Source: an uncultured Chloroflexia bacterium
GTDB taxonomy: Bacteria; Chloroflexota; Dehalococcoidia; DSTF01; JALHUB01
Direction: 5' to 3'
Assembly: GCA_963726245.1 (NCBI GenBank)
Contig: CAVSBT010000037.1
Location: forward strand, 139,532 to 203,531
DNA length: 64,000 nucleotides
Positions within the stretch are counted from its first letter, which is position 1; each line of letters starts with the position of its first letter. The translations under genes and the position numbers were made by a program. The notes under the pieces are model-generated. The model saw only the letters and a list, made by a program, of their open reading frames with translations. It ran no database searches and was not told the origin of the DNA. Positions 32,345 to 43,638 of this stretch are shown here, in pieces.

Positions 32345-32992
32345 ATGCTATGCACAGTATGGGCACACCGGCTCTTCCCCCTCAGGAGGCCTCCGAGCGC
32401 CGATTCTGCCTTCTCCGACCTGCCGACGGACGGACAGGAGAGGGACATGGTCCAGCGCGCCCGCTCCGGGGACCAGCCGGCCCTGGGCGAGATCTACGAC
32501 CTCTATTTCCCCCGCATCTACCGCTACGTCCTGGCCCGCACCGGCAACACAGCCGAGGCGGAGGACGTCACGGAGGACGTCTTCATCAAGGTCCTGGGCG
32601 CCATCGGCGGCTTCGAGTGGCGAGAGGCGCCTTTCGCAGCCTGGATCTTCCGCATCGCCCACAACCAGCTCATCAGCCACAGTCGCAAGAACGGCGTCCG
32701 TCGCCAGGATACTCCCCTGGCAGACACCATCGCTGACCCGGCTCCGGACCCGCTCATCCGCGTCGAAAACAGGCTTTACTTCGAGCAGATCCTCGATGTC
32801 GCGCGTGTCCTCCCTCAGGCCCAGCGCGAAGTGCTCTGGCTGCGCTTCGCCGTCGGCCTCTCCATTTGTGACACGGCACGCACCCTGGGGAAACAAGAAA
32901 ACAACGTTAAGGTCCTCCAGCACAAGGCGATCGCCAGGCTCCAGAAGCTCCTGGGCCAGTCTGAGCTGGAAAGGCCGAATATATTAGGATAG
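32345..32992 (+). CDS. ECF RNA polymerase sigma factor
   Basis: Region 2 (YFPRIYRYV..R.G....AEDVT..VF; F.AWIFRIAHN) and region 4 (LP.AQREVL.LRF..GLS..TA..LG). Confidence 0.93.
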   Translation: MLCTVWAHRLFPLRRPPSADSAFSDLPTDGQERDMVQRARSGDQPALGEIYDLYFPRIYRYVLARTGNTAEAEDVTEDVFIKVLGAIGGFEWREAPFAAWIFRIAHNQLISHSRKNGVRRQDTPLADTIADPAPDPLIRVENRLYFEQILDVARVLPQAQREVLWLRFAVGLSICDTARTLGKQENNVKVLQHKAIARLQKLLGQSELERPNILG

Positions 32993-33002
32993 CGCGACCG
33001 AT

Positions 33003-34436
33003 ATGAAGCAGCGCTTCGAAGACATACTGGCGGAGTGCCTGGAGGCGGCCAACACGGGCCGGCTCACCATCGATGAGTGCCTGGCCCTCTATCCCCATCT
33101 GCGCGACCGCCTGGAGCCGCTTCTACGCTTCGGGCACCAGTTGAGCCAGGCCTCTTTCCCGGAACCCGACTCAACGTTCCGCGAAGCCGCGCGTGAGCGC
33201 TTCCTCGCCGCTGCCCAGGCCGGTGCCGTGGCCCCACAGCAGCGGCGGAGGCTGCTGCCCGCGCTGCACATGCCCCGCCGCTGGAGCTGGCGCCCGCTGT
33301 TCTCCGCTCAAATGGGCCGCCCGGTCGGCTGGCGGAGGGCCGCTCTCACCATGGCTGCGGCGCTGCTCCTTGGCTGCATCGGCTTCTCATCTTTCGCCGT
33401 GGTCAGCGCCGGCGACAGCCTGCCGGGCGACTGGCAGTACCCTGTCAAGCGGCTCACCGAGCGCGCCCGCCTCACCTTCACCTTCGGCGAGGACGCCCGC
33501 CGCGACTACCGCATCAGCCTCGCGGAGGAGCGACTGCACGAGGTACAGGGCCTGGCCTCCCGGCAAGACAGAATCAGCGAATCCACCCTCGCGCAGCTCG
33601 TGGACGCCACTGAGCCTTTGGTCAAGGCTCTGGAGCCCGACTCCGTCCCCACCGACCAGATCCAGCGCATCACAGACCTGACGGCCGAGCAGACCGCCAC
33701 CCTTGACCGCGTGGGACCGCTGGTCGAGAGCAAGGCGGCCGACGAGCTGGCGGAGGCCAGGGTCGTCTCCAGCGAGGGCTACGATAAGGCTGTGGTGGCG
33801 CTGGCCGCAGCACGCGCTGAGGGGCCTGAGGAAACCCCGGGCCTCACGACTCCAGCAACCGGCACCCCTTCGGCCGGCGCCGGTACCGCATCACCAACGC
33901 CGGGCTCAAGCCCCGGCGCGGCAGCCAGCCCTTCGCCCACGCCGGCCGCCGGCGCCAGCGCTTCCGCCACGCCCACGCCGCAGCCCACGCCTGTTCCGGG
34001 CGAGGCCACACCCGCGGCGGCTGAGCCCACTCCGCTACCGGGCGAGCCCACGCCCGCAGCGCCGGAGCCCACCGCGACACCGTCCCCTCCAGAACGGCCC
34101 GTGACTTTCCTGCCCGACGACAACACCGCCGGCCTGAAGTGGGACCTGCTCACAATCGGCGCCTTCTCGATGAGGGCGCCCGCCGACGGGAGCGCAGATT
34201 GGGCGGTGTCCACGCTGAACGGCGCCAGCGGCAATCGGATCCTGGTCGGACACTTCCAGAGCGGCGGCTTTGACGCCAGCATCACGGTGCAAGTCAACAC
34301 GGGACAGGCCTCCATCCGCGTGCTCGCCGAAGGCAAGATTCAGGAAGTGAGCGCCGAGGACGTGCGCACTCTGGTGCCTGGCCCTGTCGCCGACGTCATC
34401 CTCCACGTGTTAGAGTCCATCCACGCCGGATCATAG
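33003..34436 (+). CDS. Membrane anti-sigma factor with DUF5667-like domain
   Basis: N-terminal IL.ECL......IDECL..YP, TM, then SLPGDWQYPVKRLTER.RL...LAEERL.E and a PT linker. Directly follows the ECF gene. Confidence 0.8.
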   Translation: MKQRFEDILAECLEAANTGRLTIDECLALYPHLRDRLEPLLRFGHQLSQASFPEPDSTFREAARERFLAAAQAGAVAPQQRRRLLPALHMPRRWSWRPLFSAQMGRPVGWRRAALTMAAALLLGCIGFSSFAVVSAGDSLPGDWQYPVKRLTERARLTFTFGEDARRDYRISLAEERLHEVQGLASRQDRISESTLAQLVDATEPLVKALEPDSVPTDQIQRITDLTAEQTATLDRVGPLVESKAADELAEARVVSSEGYDKAVVALAAARAEGPEETPGLTTPATGTPSAGAGTASPTPGSSPGAAASPSPTPAAGASASATPTPQPTPVPGEATPAAAEPTPLPGEPTPAAPEPTATPSPPERPVTFLPDDNTAGLKWDLLTIGAFSMRAPADGSADWAVSTLNGASGNRILVGHFQSGGFDASITVQVNTGQASIRVLAEGKIQEVSAEDVRTLVPGPVADVILHVLESIHAGS

Positions 34437-34496
34437 GAGATCCCCTTTGGCCGAGGCGCCGCCCGTGAAGCGGCACAGCACCCATTCGAGAAGGCC

Positions 34497-35012
34497 ATGA
34501 GAAGTATTGGGCTTGTCTTGATAGCAGTGGCGGTTGTCCTGTCTGCCGCCGCTTGCGGTGGCGGCGGGGCAGACACTGGTGGAACGCCTGGCTCCACTGC
34601 CTCTCCTGCTCCCACCACCTCTCCCGGCCCAACCGCGACGCCTCGCCGCGCCGCGGGCCCCGCCTCGCTCTGCCAGCAGTCTCAGCAGCCTCTCCCCTCC
34701 TACAACGTCCAGGTCACTGCCCGCTGGAAGGGCAAGGACCGGGTCGTTGTCGACGGAAGCGCCAACCTGCCCGGTCCGGGCACCGTGAACTACCTGATCT
34801 GCCAGGATGGGCAGGTATCCGGCTCCCTGATTTGGGCGCAGAATCCCACCTTCAAGGACGGCAAGATCCACGCCGAATCCAAGCTCGTCGAATCCCAGGC
34901 TGGGCCGGTTTTCGACCCCAACGCCCACCTCACCGTGGTGCTGTCCGTCCTCGGAGAGATCCAGATGCCTTACTTCACCGTCAGTGTGCCCGTGGAGGGC
35001 AAGCCCGAGTAG
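34497..35012 (+). CDS. Hypothetical lipoprotein
   Basis: Lipobox SAAAC, PT linker and a beta-rich domain with two Cys. Confidence 0.75.
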   Translation: MRSIGLVLIAVAVVLSAAACGGGGADTGGTPGSTASPAPTTSPGPTATPRRAAGPASLCQQSQQPLPSYNVQVTARWKGKDRVVVDGSANLPGPGTVNYLICQDGQVSGSLIWAQNPTFKDGKIHAESKLVESQAGPVFDPNAHLTVVLSVLGEIQMPYFTVSVPVEGKPE

Positions 35013-35030
35013 GCGCGTCTTCGGAAACAC

Positions 35031-35062
35031 AAGGGAGAGGGCTTTCAACCCTCTCCCTTTTT
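35031..35062. terminator. Bidirectional intrinsic terminator
   Basis: AAGGGAGAGGG-CTTTCAA-CCCTCTCCCTTTTT between convergent genes. Confidence 0.7.
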
Positions 35063-35095
35063 CCATCGCGATGAAGCGGCCGGGCCCGCCGGCCC

Positions 35096-36058
35096 TCAGA
35101 CGATTGGCCGCACAAAGGCGCCGGGGCCGGTCACACAGACGAAGACCACATCCAGGAAGTTCTTCGTCGTCAGGTCGCTGGCCTCGGGATAGGCCGGCGA
35201 GTAACCGAGCCAGCCAGTGGCCTCAAGCTCCCACAGCGCCTCCAGGTTGCCTGACGGACCCACCGCCCCGGCAATAGTCCCGATGGGCGTGGCGTCGGCA
35301 TAGGTAGTGGCCACAGGGTTGCAGCCTGCAGCGAGGTCTACAGCCTCAAATCCCGGCGGCAGCGGCGTGGGCGTGGCGCCCGGGACCACCGGCGTCGGTC
35401 CCGGGCCTCCCGGCGTCGGCGAAGCGGCTGGCGGCGGCGTTGCCGTCGGCCCAGGCGTGACGGGCGTGGAAGTGGGGCCCGGCCCGACGCCTTCGCAGTC
35501 TATGGTGGCGTCGGCCAGGGTGGTAGGGAGGCTGACGCCGCCCGCCCCCAGCGTGATGGTGAATGTCCCGCCTTGAGGAGAGTCCCCCGAGTTTACCAGG
35601 TGCAGCGTAGCCGGGCCTGCGGCCATGCACTGGAAAGTGGCTATCACCGTCTCGCCGGTGGCGTTCGTGGTGCCCGAAGCACTAGCGGACCCACCCAAGA
35701 GCCGGGTACCCACCGGGGTCACCACGGCGTTTGCGGTAGTGCCGCCCAGCCCGGTGTAGTGCCAGCTCTCGAGTGTCGTGTCGCCGTTGATGTCGTCCGT
35801 GGGGATGAACGTCAGGCCCGCGTGGTCCACCACCAGGTTATAGCCTGCCCATGGCGTGCTCGCGTCGGTAATGTCAAAGCTGACCTGGAAGGGCACGCCC
35901 ACCGGCTGCGTCGCGGTGGCCTGGATGCCGGGCGCGTTGACGTCGGCGTTTACAGCCATAGCGTTGTCCGGGGCCGCCACTACCGCCGTTCGGCCGGCTA
36001 GAACACCGCCGACGGTCAGCGCTGCAACCAGGACCACCCACAGTCCTCTCTGCACCAT
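35096..36058 (-). CDS. Secreted protein: family-2 cohesin-like domain, PT linker and GCNP..RPxI domain
   Basis: NAMAVNAD...PFQVSFDIT...GYNL...ATFQC...LHL...LADATIDC, ending AGCNP...FVRPIV. Alternative GTG start at 36076. Confidence 0.85.
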   Translation of the reverse strand: MVQRGLWVVLVAALTVGGVLAGRTAVVAAPDNAMAVNADVNAPGIQATATQPVGVPFQVSFDITDASTPWAGYNLVVDHAGLTFIPTDDINGDTTLESWHYTGLGGTTANAVVTPVGTRLLGGSASASGTTNATGETVIATFQCMAAGPATLHLVNSGDSPQGGTFTITLGAGGVSLPTTLADATIDCEGVGPGPTSTPVTPGPTATPPPAASPTPGGPGPTPVVPGATPTPLPPGFEAVDLAAGCNPVATTYADATPIGTIAGAVGPSGNLEALWELEATGWLGYSPAYPEASDLTTKNFLDVVFVCVTGPGAFVRPIV

Positions 36059-36088
36059 GTCAACCCTCTCTTTCACACGGAAGCTCCG

Positions 36089-36718
36089 TCAACCTGCGCA
36101 GGTCACCGAAGCGTCCTTGACCTCGGTGGCGATGGTGAAGCCCTGGTACGCCAGCAACGTACTTCCGGACACAGTTTCGGACGGCGTTAGCAAGTGGATG
36201 GTGCTGGTCCCCTGTCCCACGCAATGGAAGGTGAGCCTGTTAAGCGGCCCCTGGAAACTGGTGTTACCCTGGACGCGGGCACAGCCTGTGAACATCGTAT
36301 TCTCCATCACCGTTGGGGTCGCGCAGAGGTTCAGCTCCTCCGGCATCAGATGCACCTGGGAATCATAGGCCAGCACGGCCGGGTCCCACTGCGCATTGAA
36401 CTGGTAGCCCTGGTAGCCGGGTCCTGCGTTCAGCACCACGACGTCTACCTCGAACGGGGTCGGGCCCGTCACCGTCCGGCTAGCCTCGATCCCTCCCCCG
36501 GCGACGACGTCCACCCCCATCGCCGCCTCGTAGACCGCCGGTGTCGGAGGGAACGTGGGAGTCCGAATCACGGCGGCGCCGGTGCCTTCTGGAACCCCGC
36601 CACCGGTTGGCGTCGGCCCAAGTGCCGGCTGCTCCCCACCACCGCACGCCCCCAGCGCGACAGCGAGCAACGACAGCCCCGCCAGTGCCCACCAGCCGTT
36701 CAAGGTGAGCTTCTTCAC
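36089..36718 (-). CDS. Lipoprotein with a cohesin-like domain
   Basis: Lipobox LGAC, then GYQGYQF..QWDPAVLAY...C...FTGC...LTFHCVGQGTSTIHL. Confidence 0.85.
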   Translation of the reverse strand: MKKLTLNGWWALAGLSLLAVALGACGGGEQPALGPTPTGGGVPEGTGAAVIRTPTFPPTPAVYEAAMGVDVVAGGGIEASRTVTGPTPFEVDVVVLNAGPGYQGYQFNAQWDPAVLAYDSQVHLMPEELNLCATPTVMENTMFTGCARVQGNTSFQGPLNRLTFHCVGQGTSTIHLLTPSETVSGSTLLAYQGFTIATEVKDASVTCAG

Positions 36719-36742
36719 CAGCCATCTCCTCCTTATCAGCGT

Positions 36743-37737
36743 CTACACCAGCGGTCGCACGAAGGTGCCCGGGGCGTTGACGCACAAGAATACCACGTCC
36801 AGGAACCGCGCTGTCGCCAGGTCGCTGGCCTCGGGATACTGAGGAGCGTAGCCTCGCCAGAGGCCTGCGTCGAACGCCCACATCGCCCCCAGGATGTCCG
36901 CCGGCGAGATGGCGGCGGCCAGCGTCTGCACCGTGGTGCCGTCCGGGTAGGTGACTGTGACGGGATTGCAGACGGCGGCAAGATCCACCGTGTCCGCCTG
37001 GTCCGGCGGCGGAGTCGGCGCTGGTGTAGGCGTCGGCCCCGCTGGCACCGGCGTTGCCGTGGGGCCCGCCGGCACCGGCGTTGCCGTAGGCTCCGCTGGC
37101 ACGGGCGTCTCCGTGGCCCCCCCTCTACCGTCGGCGTCGGCGTGGCTTCCTGCGCGCACGACGGCGGTGGCGGCGAGCCGCCGCCTATGGCAATGGAGTC
37201 GTTCACCACGTCCGAGGGGATAGCGCCACCGAGAGAGTTCGCGAGGCTCCAGTGGAAGATGCAGAGCGAGCTGCTGCCGTTGGCCAGGGCCGTGAACTGG
37301 ATGAATGACAGCGGGCCGGAACCGCTCGGAGGCTGTGGCTGTTCTCCGCTGGTCAGGCATGCGAACCAGACCGTGCCGTCCGGGATGGGGACGTCTATTG
37401 TGGTGTCGCCGTTCTGGTCGATCCCCGGCGGCTGGCTAAGCACACAGCTCGGCGTCCGCCCGGTGCCGCCCAGGAACGAGCCATCTGTGACGCTGTCGAG
37501 GCGTAGCAGCCCGGGGTCGTAGGAAAGACGCCACTCGTAGGCGCCCAGGTTCGTCACGTCCTGAACGTCGATCCTGACCACGACGGAATCGCCCACCGAC
37601 GCCGTGTGGGGCGAGACCACCTGCACCGTGGCCGACTGCCCCAGGGCCGATCCGCCCATCGAGGCGAGGGCGGCCAGCCCCACGCCAATTGCAGCAGCGA
37701 TAGACCAGGCTAATGATTTCCGCACCCGCAAACTCAT
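36743..37737 (-). CDS. Secreted protein: cohesin, PT linker and GCNP..RPxI domain (frameshift ~37125)
   Basis: VTNLGAYEWRLSYDPGLL...GSFLGGTGR..SC...FAC...GSGPL..IQF. The C-terminal domain is in ORF 36743..37360. Confidence 0.85.
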
Positions 37738-37974
37738 GCCCCTTCACCTCACGTAAGACTCGGATTCAGTATCGGCCGTTCTGGGCCCTCACCTTATACT
37801 CCTCGTCCCCGGTGAGCAATGGCCCCGGCCGCGAGAGATTGAGGGTCGCTTCCGCCCGCCGGCGCCTGCCTACCGTCAGACAAGCCCGCCAGCGCCTGCC
37901 TGCCGTCAGGCAGGCCTACGGAAGCGAACCACCTCCCGCCCAAAGGTACGCCCGGCCCGCCCGGCTGGATTTAA

Positions 37975-38018
37975 GGTCAAGAGGCGGAAGAGGGGCTTCC
38001 CTCTCCCGCCTCTTGACC
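37975..38018 (-). terminator. Long hairpin downstream of the 38062 gene
   Basis: GGTCAAGAGGCGG...CCGCCTCTTGACC stem. Confidence 0.5.
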
Positions 38019-38061
38019 TTAGACCAGTGCTTCTGTACGCCCCGCGCGTTCGGGCGGCGCG

Positions 38062-39819
38062 CTAATTCCTATCCCATATCGACACTATGGCGAACGGCGA
38101 CAACCGGATGGCCATGAAGCGCCCCGGCCCAGACGGGCAGGTACCAGAGCCGATGACCATGACCCGCCTGCCCCGGGTGTCCATCACCTGTCCCGCGAGC
38201 ATGACGCGGTTCCCACGCGAGAACCACACTCCACCCCAGCTAGCCTCGTCGACATGAATGGCCCTCGCCGAAGTAGAGTCGTCGAACCAGCCCCACTGCA
38301 CACTGCCGCCGAAGAATCTGTCTATCTTCAGGAAGAGGCCAGTTCGGGAGGAGTTGTTGAACGTGCAGACCTGGGGCCCCGGCGTAGGCGTGGCCGTCGG
38401 CATCGGCGATGGCGTCGGCGTAGGCGGCTGCACGTTGCTGCAGTTGATCGTGGCGTCGCTCAGGAGCGTACCGATGGTGACGCCCCTCGCACCGAGGGTG
38501 GTGGTGTACTGCGGAGGATTATCGGCTGAGGTCACGAGGTGCAGGTGGCCGGTGCTGCTCCCCGGGTGGATGCACTGGAAAGTGGCGTTCACCACCGCCC
38601 CTGTGAGGCTGGTGGTGCCCGATGCCCGCGCGGAGCCGCCAAACAGGGTGTCGGTGAGCGTGTCGCCGTCGGTGTCATACCCGGTCACCGCACTGTCCAG
38701 CGACATGGTCCCCAGCCCCGTGTAGTGCCAGCTCTCGAGGACGCCGTCGGGCGGATCACTGAGGTCGTCCGTGGGCACGAAGGCCAGGATGCCGGGTTCG
38801 AAGTAGACCCGGAGGTTGTAGCCGGCGTAGTTCTGGGTCACCCTCGTGACGTTGAAGCTCACGCCGAAGGGGCTGTTGCCCGACACGTTGCGCGTGGCGT
38901 CGATGGTACCAGTAGAGTCGTCGGCGTCTACCGCCATGGAGTTAGGCGCCGATGGCGTCTCGGTCGGCGTCGGCGTGTTGGTCTCCGTCGGCGTGTTGGT
39001 GGCCGTCGGTGTGCTGGTGCGCGTCGGCGTCTCCGTCGGCGTATTGGTGACCGTGGCTGTGTTGGTTGGCGTAGGTGTGTTGGTGGGCGTGCCCGTAGGC
39101 GCGGGCGTGTTGGTCGGCGTGGGCGTGTTGGTCGCCGTCGGCGTGCTGGTCTCCGTCGGCGTGCTGATGGGCGTAGGCGTCGGCACGCCCTGGCACGTTA
39201 TGCTGGCGTCCACCAGGTCGGTGGTGAGGGTGATGCCGCCCGTACCGAGGGTGGTGGTGTACTGCTGAGGGTCATCGGCTGAGGTCAAGAGGTGCAGCGG
39301 GCTGGTCCCGTCGCCCACGCATTGGAAAGTGGCGTCCACGGCCGCCCCCGAGACGTTGGTGAGACCCGAGTTCCTCGCGGAGCCGCCAAACAGGGTGTCG
39401 GTGAGACCGTTGGCAGGGTTGATGTCAAACTGGGTCACCGCACTGTCGAACACCATGAGCCCCAGCCCGGTGTAGTGCCAGCTCTCGAGGACGCTGTCGG
39501 GCGGATCACTGAGGTCGTCCGTGCCCACGAAGACCAGGATGCCGTCGTCGAAGGAGACCTTGAGATTGTAGCCTTTATAATTGTCGGTGCCGTCCCAGGT
39601 GATGCAGGCGCTGACAACGAAGTTGCCGGTTCCGGTGACGGTGTGGGTAGCATCAATGGGGCTGCAGTTGTCGCCCCCTACGGCGTCCGCGCTCATGAGG
39701 TTGTGCGTTAGGACGGCCTCCGTCCCGGAGGGGCGCAAGAGGCTGAAGGCGGCCACGGCCGCCACCGCCGCCACCAGCGCCAGCATACCAAAGACGACGA
39801 GTCCCGTAGGTCTTCTCAT
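38062..39819 (-). CDS. Secreted protein with two family-2 cohesin-like domains, PT linkers and a small basic C-terminal domain
   Basis: Intact 585-aa ORF with two repeats of GYNL...[19 protein letters not shown]...LFGGSAR...ATFQC. Confidence 0.88.
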   Translation of the reverse strand: MRRPTGLVVFGMLALVAAVAAVAAFSLLRPSGTEAVLTHNLMSADAVGGDNCSPIDATHTVTGTGNFVVSACITWDGTDNYKGYNLKVSFDDGILVFVGTDDLSDPPDSVLESWHYTGLGLMVFDSAVTQFDINPANGLTDTLFGGSARNSGLTNVSGAAVDATFQCVGDGTSPLHLLTSADDPQQYTTTLGTGGITLTTDLVDASITCQGVPTPTPISTPTETSTPTATNTPTPTNTPAPTGTPTNTPTPTNTATVTNTPTETPTRTSTPTATNTPTETNTPTPTETPSAPNSMAVDADDSTGTIDATRNVSGNSPFGVSFNVTRVTQNYAGYNLRVYFEPGILAFVPTDDLSDPPDGVLESWHYTGLGTMSLDSAVTGYDTDGDTLTDTLFGGSARASGTTSLTGAVVNATFQCIHPGSSTGHLHLVTSADNPPQYTTTLGARGVTIGTLLSDATINCSNVQPPTPTPSPMPTATPTPGPQVCTFNNSSRTGLFLKIDRFFGGSVQWGWFDDSTSARAIHVDEASWGGVWFSRGNRVMLAGQVMDTRGRRVMVIGSGTCPSGPGRFMAIRLSPFAIVSIWDRN

Positions 39820-40104
39820 GGTGTCCCCTCCTCACCCTTTCTTCAGGGCCACAGCAACAACACCTAACACCGGCCTTATCCTGGCCTGCTTCCCCTCTCC
39901 CTGCTGGCCGCCCGGCGCTACCCTACCCCCTCCCCATACGGGGGAAACACATCAGCACGCACCCCTTGGGGGTGTGGCCGGGCAAAGCCCTGTGTCCTTA
40001 TATCACATCTTTGGCGGCAGCGCTACCCCATTTGTGCAACTCGGTAGGGGCTGCGCGTTGCTCCACCCCCAAGAAGCGCAGACACGCGGCGGAAACTGCC
40101 CCAG

Positions 40105-41793
40105 CTATGGAGAGCAGCTAAGGCCGACCTGGGCGAGCACTCCCATCACGTCGCTCATACCAATCACGCCGTCAGGTGGGCCGGCACACCGGGCGGCTTT
40201 GACAGCGGGCTGGGCGAGCGGTCGTAGGCCACGCCGTCGGCGATGGTGTCGCCGTTCTTGTCGCTGTCGTAGTCGACGCCGTTGCCGTTAGGCGGACCCC
40301 CGCTGGATGTCCCCGAGTAGAAGAGGACGGCGAGGACATCTCTCATCTCAACGAGCTTGTCCTTGGCCCCGTTGGGCGTGGGGTCCACGTTGGCCGGCAC
40401 GGGCACGTCGTAGAAGTCATACCAAACGTGGGGGTCCAGTGCCAGTTGCAGCTCCCGGCTGTCGCCGCAGCCGTCGCCGTCGGCGTCCCCGGGGCCGGCT
40501 GGCGGCGTGGGCACGGGGGTGAAAGTGTTGGTCGGGGTGGGCGTAATCGTGGCCGTGGCCGTGGGGGTAGGCGTCCGGGTGGTCGTAGGCGTCCAAGTGG
40601 TCGTGGGCGTTGGCGTGGGCTCCGGCAGGCCCATGCACCTGACACCGGCCTGGGCCAGCACCCCCAGCACGTCGCTCATATCGACGACACCCTTCGGCGG
40701 GCCAGCATCCCAGGGAGGGTTAGGCGGGGGGCTGGCCGAGCGGTCGTAGCGACGGCCCACCCTGTCCCAGTCGTCCACGACTCCGTCCGGGTACATTGCC
40801 TGGTGGACGCTATCAAACCAGTCGCCGTCCTTGAGGCTGTCGTAGGACACGCCGTTACCGTTGGGCGGGCCGCCCGCCGTGGTGCCGGCGTCGAGGAGCA
40901 CCGCCAGGACGTCGCTTATGTCCACGGAGTGGTCGCGCGGGCCATTGGGTGCGGGTCCGCGTTGGCTGGCGCCGGGCACGTCGTAGAAGTCCCAGGGGCT
41001 CACGCGGTCGAAGCCCTTCGCCTGCTCCTCGCCATCGCGGCATCCGTCACCGTCGGTATCGATGGGGAGAGGCGTTGGCGTGAGCGTTGGGGTAGGAGTG
41101 CGGGTGGGCGTATGATGGGGGTGGGCGTAGGAGTGTATGTAACCGTGGGAGTGGCGGTGTTCGTGGGTGTGGGCGTGATTGTAGGTGTTGGCGTGTTTGT
41201 GGGAGTCGGCACCGCCTGGCAGGTGACGGAGGCGTCAGCCAGGACCGTATCGATAAGTACCCCATAGCGGCCCAGAGTGGTTGTGCCCAGCACCGGCTCC
41301 TGGACCACTGTTCTCACCATGGAGAGGGCTCGTGCCCTCCCCCACGCAGTGAAGGTTGACGGTGTTGACCGGCCCCGTGAAGGTGGTGGTGCCGCTCTGG
41401 CCGATGCAGCCCGCAAAGACGGTGCTGATCGTAGTCGTGGGCACCGCGCAGAGAGTGAGGCCCAGAGGGCGAGAGGTCCGTCTGGCCGTCGTAGGCCAGG
41501 ATAGCCGGGTCCCACTCCAGGAAATACTGGTAGCCCTGATAAGCCGTACTCGCGGCCGTGACAACAATGCCTACCCCGAAGGGGGCCCTGGTCCCGGAAA
41601 CGGTCCTGCCGGTGTCAACGCCGTCGCCCGAGACGGCATCCACCGCCATGGCGTTCGGCGAAGCCGCCAGCGAAGGCGGGGGTGAACCGATACTCCGCCA
41701 GTCCCTGGTCAGGGCCAGGGCGACGGAGGCTACGACCACGAGAACCACGAGGAAGGCCAGGCCTCTCCTCTTGGCACCCTTTACCATGCGCAC
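40105..41793 (-). CDS. Secreted protein: cohesin-like domain plus two long dockerin-like modules (frameshifts)
   Basis: Signal peptide, NAMAVDA..YQGYQY.LEWDP domain, then two DGDGC.D..E..WDFYDVP...VDISDVLAVL...PP.G.VDMSDVLGVLAQ.G..C modules. Stop at 40105. Confidence 0.8.
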
Positions 41794-41882
41794 CTTGTCT
41801 CACTGGCGGGGCAAACGCCGCTCATGGCGCCTCTACGCCTACGCGGCGATGAGTATTCCTCAAGACATCCCCCGTGTTCTCG

Positions 41883-43356
41883 CTAGGATCCCGTGCATGA
41901 ATGGCCTGACTGGGACAGCACCATCAGCACATCGGCCATCGAGATCGCCCCATCGGGAGCGCCCGACGTGGGCGGGGCCGCCGTGCGGTCGTAGCGACGA
42001 CCGACCTTGTCTAGACTATTCAGCACTGTGTCCCCGTTCCAGTCCCCGTCCTTTAGGCTGTCATAGGATACGCCGTTGCCGTTGGGCGGCCCGCCGCTAG
42101 AGGCGCCGGAGTAGAACAGCACGGCGAGCACATCGCTTATGTCTACGCTCCGGTCCCTGGGGCCGCTGGGGCTCGGATCCTTGTTGGCAGGCACAGGCAC
42201 GGAGTAGAAGTCCCAGGGGTTCGTCCAGTCGCGGTTCCCGCCCAGAGTGATGTCGTCGCGGGCCTCCTCCACGTCGCTACAGCCGTCGCGGTCGCTGTCG
42301 CCGGTCGCCAGCCCCAGGCTCTTTATGGTGAGGCTGCCGTCCAACGGCGTGAATGGGATCTGGGTGGGGACGGAGTCGGATCTGAGGAGGCACGTCTTCT
42401 GATACTCCGGCGCGGAGCAATCGTTTAACAGCACCAGGGCTGTGGAGCCCGCCGCTACGGGGCCGAAGGTCACCGTCGCCAGTATTCCGGTCCCCGTCGG
42501 GCCCAGATGTGTAGAGCCCAAGGTCAGGCACTCGAAGTTCACGGTCCCGCTTCCGTAGACCGCTGCCAGGCAGCTCAGGCTGCGGCCGGTGCTTCCCAGG
42601 AAGCCGCCGTCCTGAATGCCCAGCGGCGTTACCACGGCCGGGTCATAGGACACCGTCACTTCATAGGCCCCGAGCTCATCCCCGCTCTGCAGCCCCACCA
42701 CCACCACATTGATCCGAGTGGTATTGACGCCGAACGCGTGGTCGATGTTGGGGGAGGTGGCAGCCCAGGTGCCGGCGCCGGAGTCGTACACGCTGGCGGC
42801 GCCGTCGGCATAGCCGGGGCTGGACTGGTCGGCGCCCCAGACGTAGTAGCTGTAATCGAGCGCCCCCGAATCTCTTGACCACCAGGTGGTACTGGGTGCC
42901 GCCCGTCAGTTGGGGCGGCGTCGTGAAGGTGAAGGTGATGAACCTGAAATCGTTGGAGCTGAGACTGCTCGCGGCCACCGTGTTGCTGGTGCCGTTGGCC
43001 ACCAGTGTACCGGGAACGCCGCCCGAGTCGGTCCGGATCTCCACCGTCAGGTTGTCGGTAGGCACCCCGACCTTCTTGAGCCACAAGCTGGCCCGGACAG
43101 CCCTGGTGCTGGCCGGGAGCTTGAAGCCCTGTGCCCGCCGGGCGCTGGCTGCCGTGTCGCCCACGTTTAGGTTGAAGACGTCTACGTTGTTGGCGCCGTA
43201 GTAGGCGGCTTCCGAAGGCGCCACCTTGGGCGACGGGTCAAACTTGATGTTATAGACGTTCGCCGCCAGGGCTGGCGTATCGGAGCCCACAACCAGCGCC
43301 GCCGCCAGGACAGCGACAAAGAAGCTACCGCGACTGAACCAAGCTACCCAGCGCAA
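41883..43356 (-). CDS. Secreted protein: beta-sandwich domain, cohesin and long dockerin-like module (frameshift ~42860)
   Basis: AQGFKLP...LWLKKVG..TDNLTVEIRTDSGGVPG, then [19 protein letters not shown] cohesin, then RDWTNPWDFYSVPVP module. Confidence 0.83.
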
Positions 43357-43399
43357 CTTTCTGCCCCCAAGTTAAAGATCGGCTTCCACTGCCACTTAT

Positions 43400-43428
43400 A
43401 GAACGTACATGGCGGCCCAGAGGTTTCA
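43400..43428 (-). promoter_or_regulatory. Putative ECF promoter TGAAAC-N17-CGTTCT
   Basis: Same -10 box and spacing as 32262, 44 nt upstream of TTG 43356. Confidence 0.6.
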
Positions 43429-43537
43429 TCACCGTCCTGGGCCAGCCCGCACCCGGTGGGGACCCCGGGCATCCTGCCTCCAGGGGGGCTTCGCGGCGGC
43501 CCCCACCAGACCTTGGCCTGCCATCTCCCGTAGGTCT

Positions 43538-43578
43538 AGAGGGGGGAGCACCCCGGGCTCCCGGGGGGCTCCCCCCTC
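43538..43578 (-). terminator. GC hairpin after the 43639 gene
   Basis: GAGGGGGGAGC.CCCCGGG/CCCGGGG.GCTCCCCCCTC. Confidence 0.5.
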
Positions 43579-43638
43579 GCTATCGGCTTCCGGCCGGATC
43601 CTGACCTCCCGATTCAGTACCTGAGAACCCCCTTAGGT

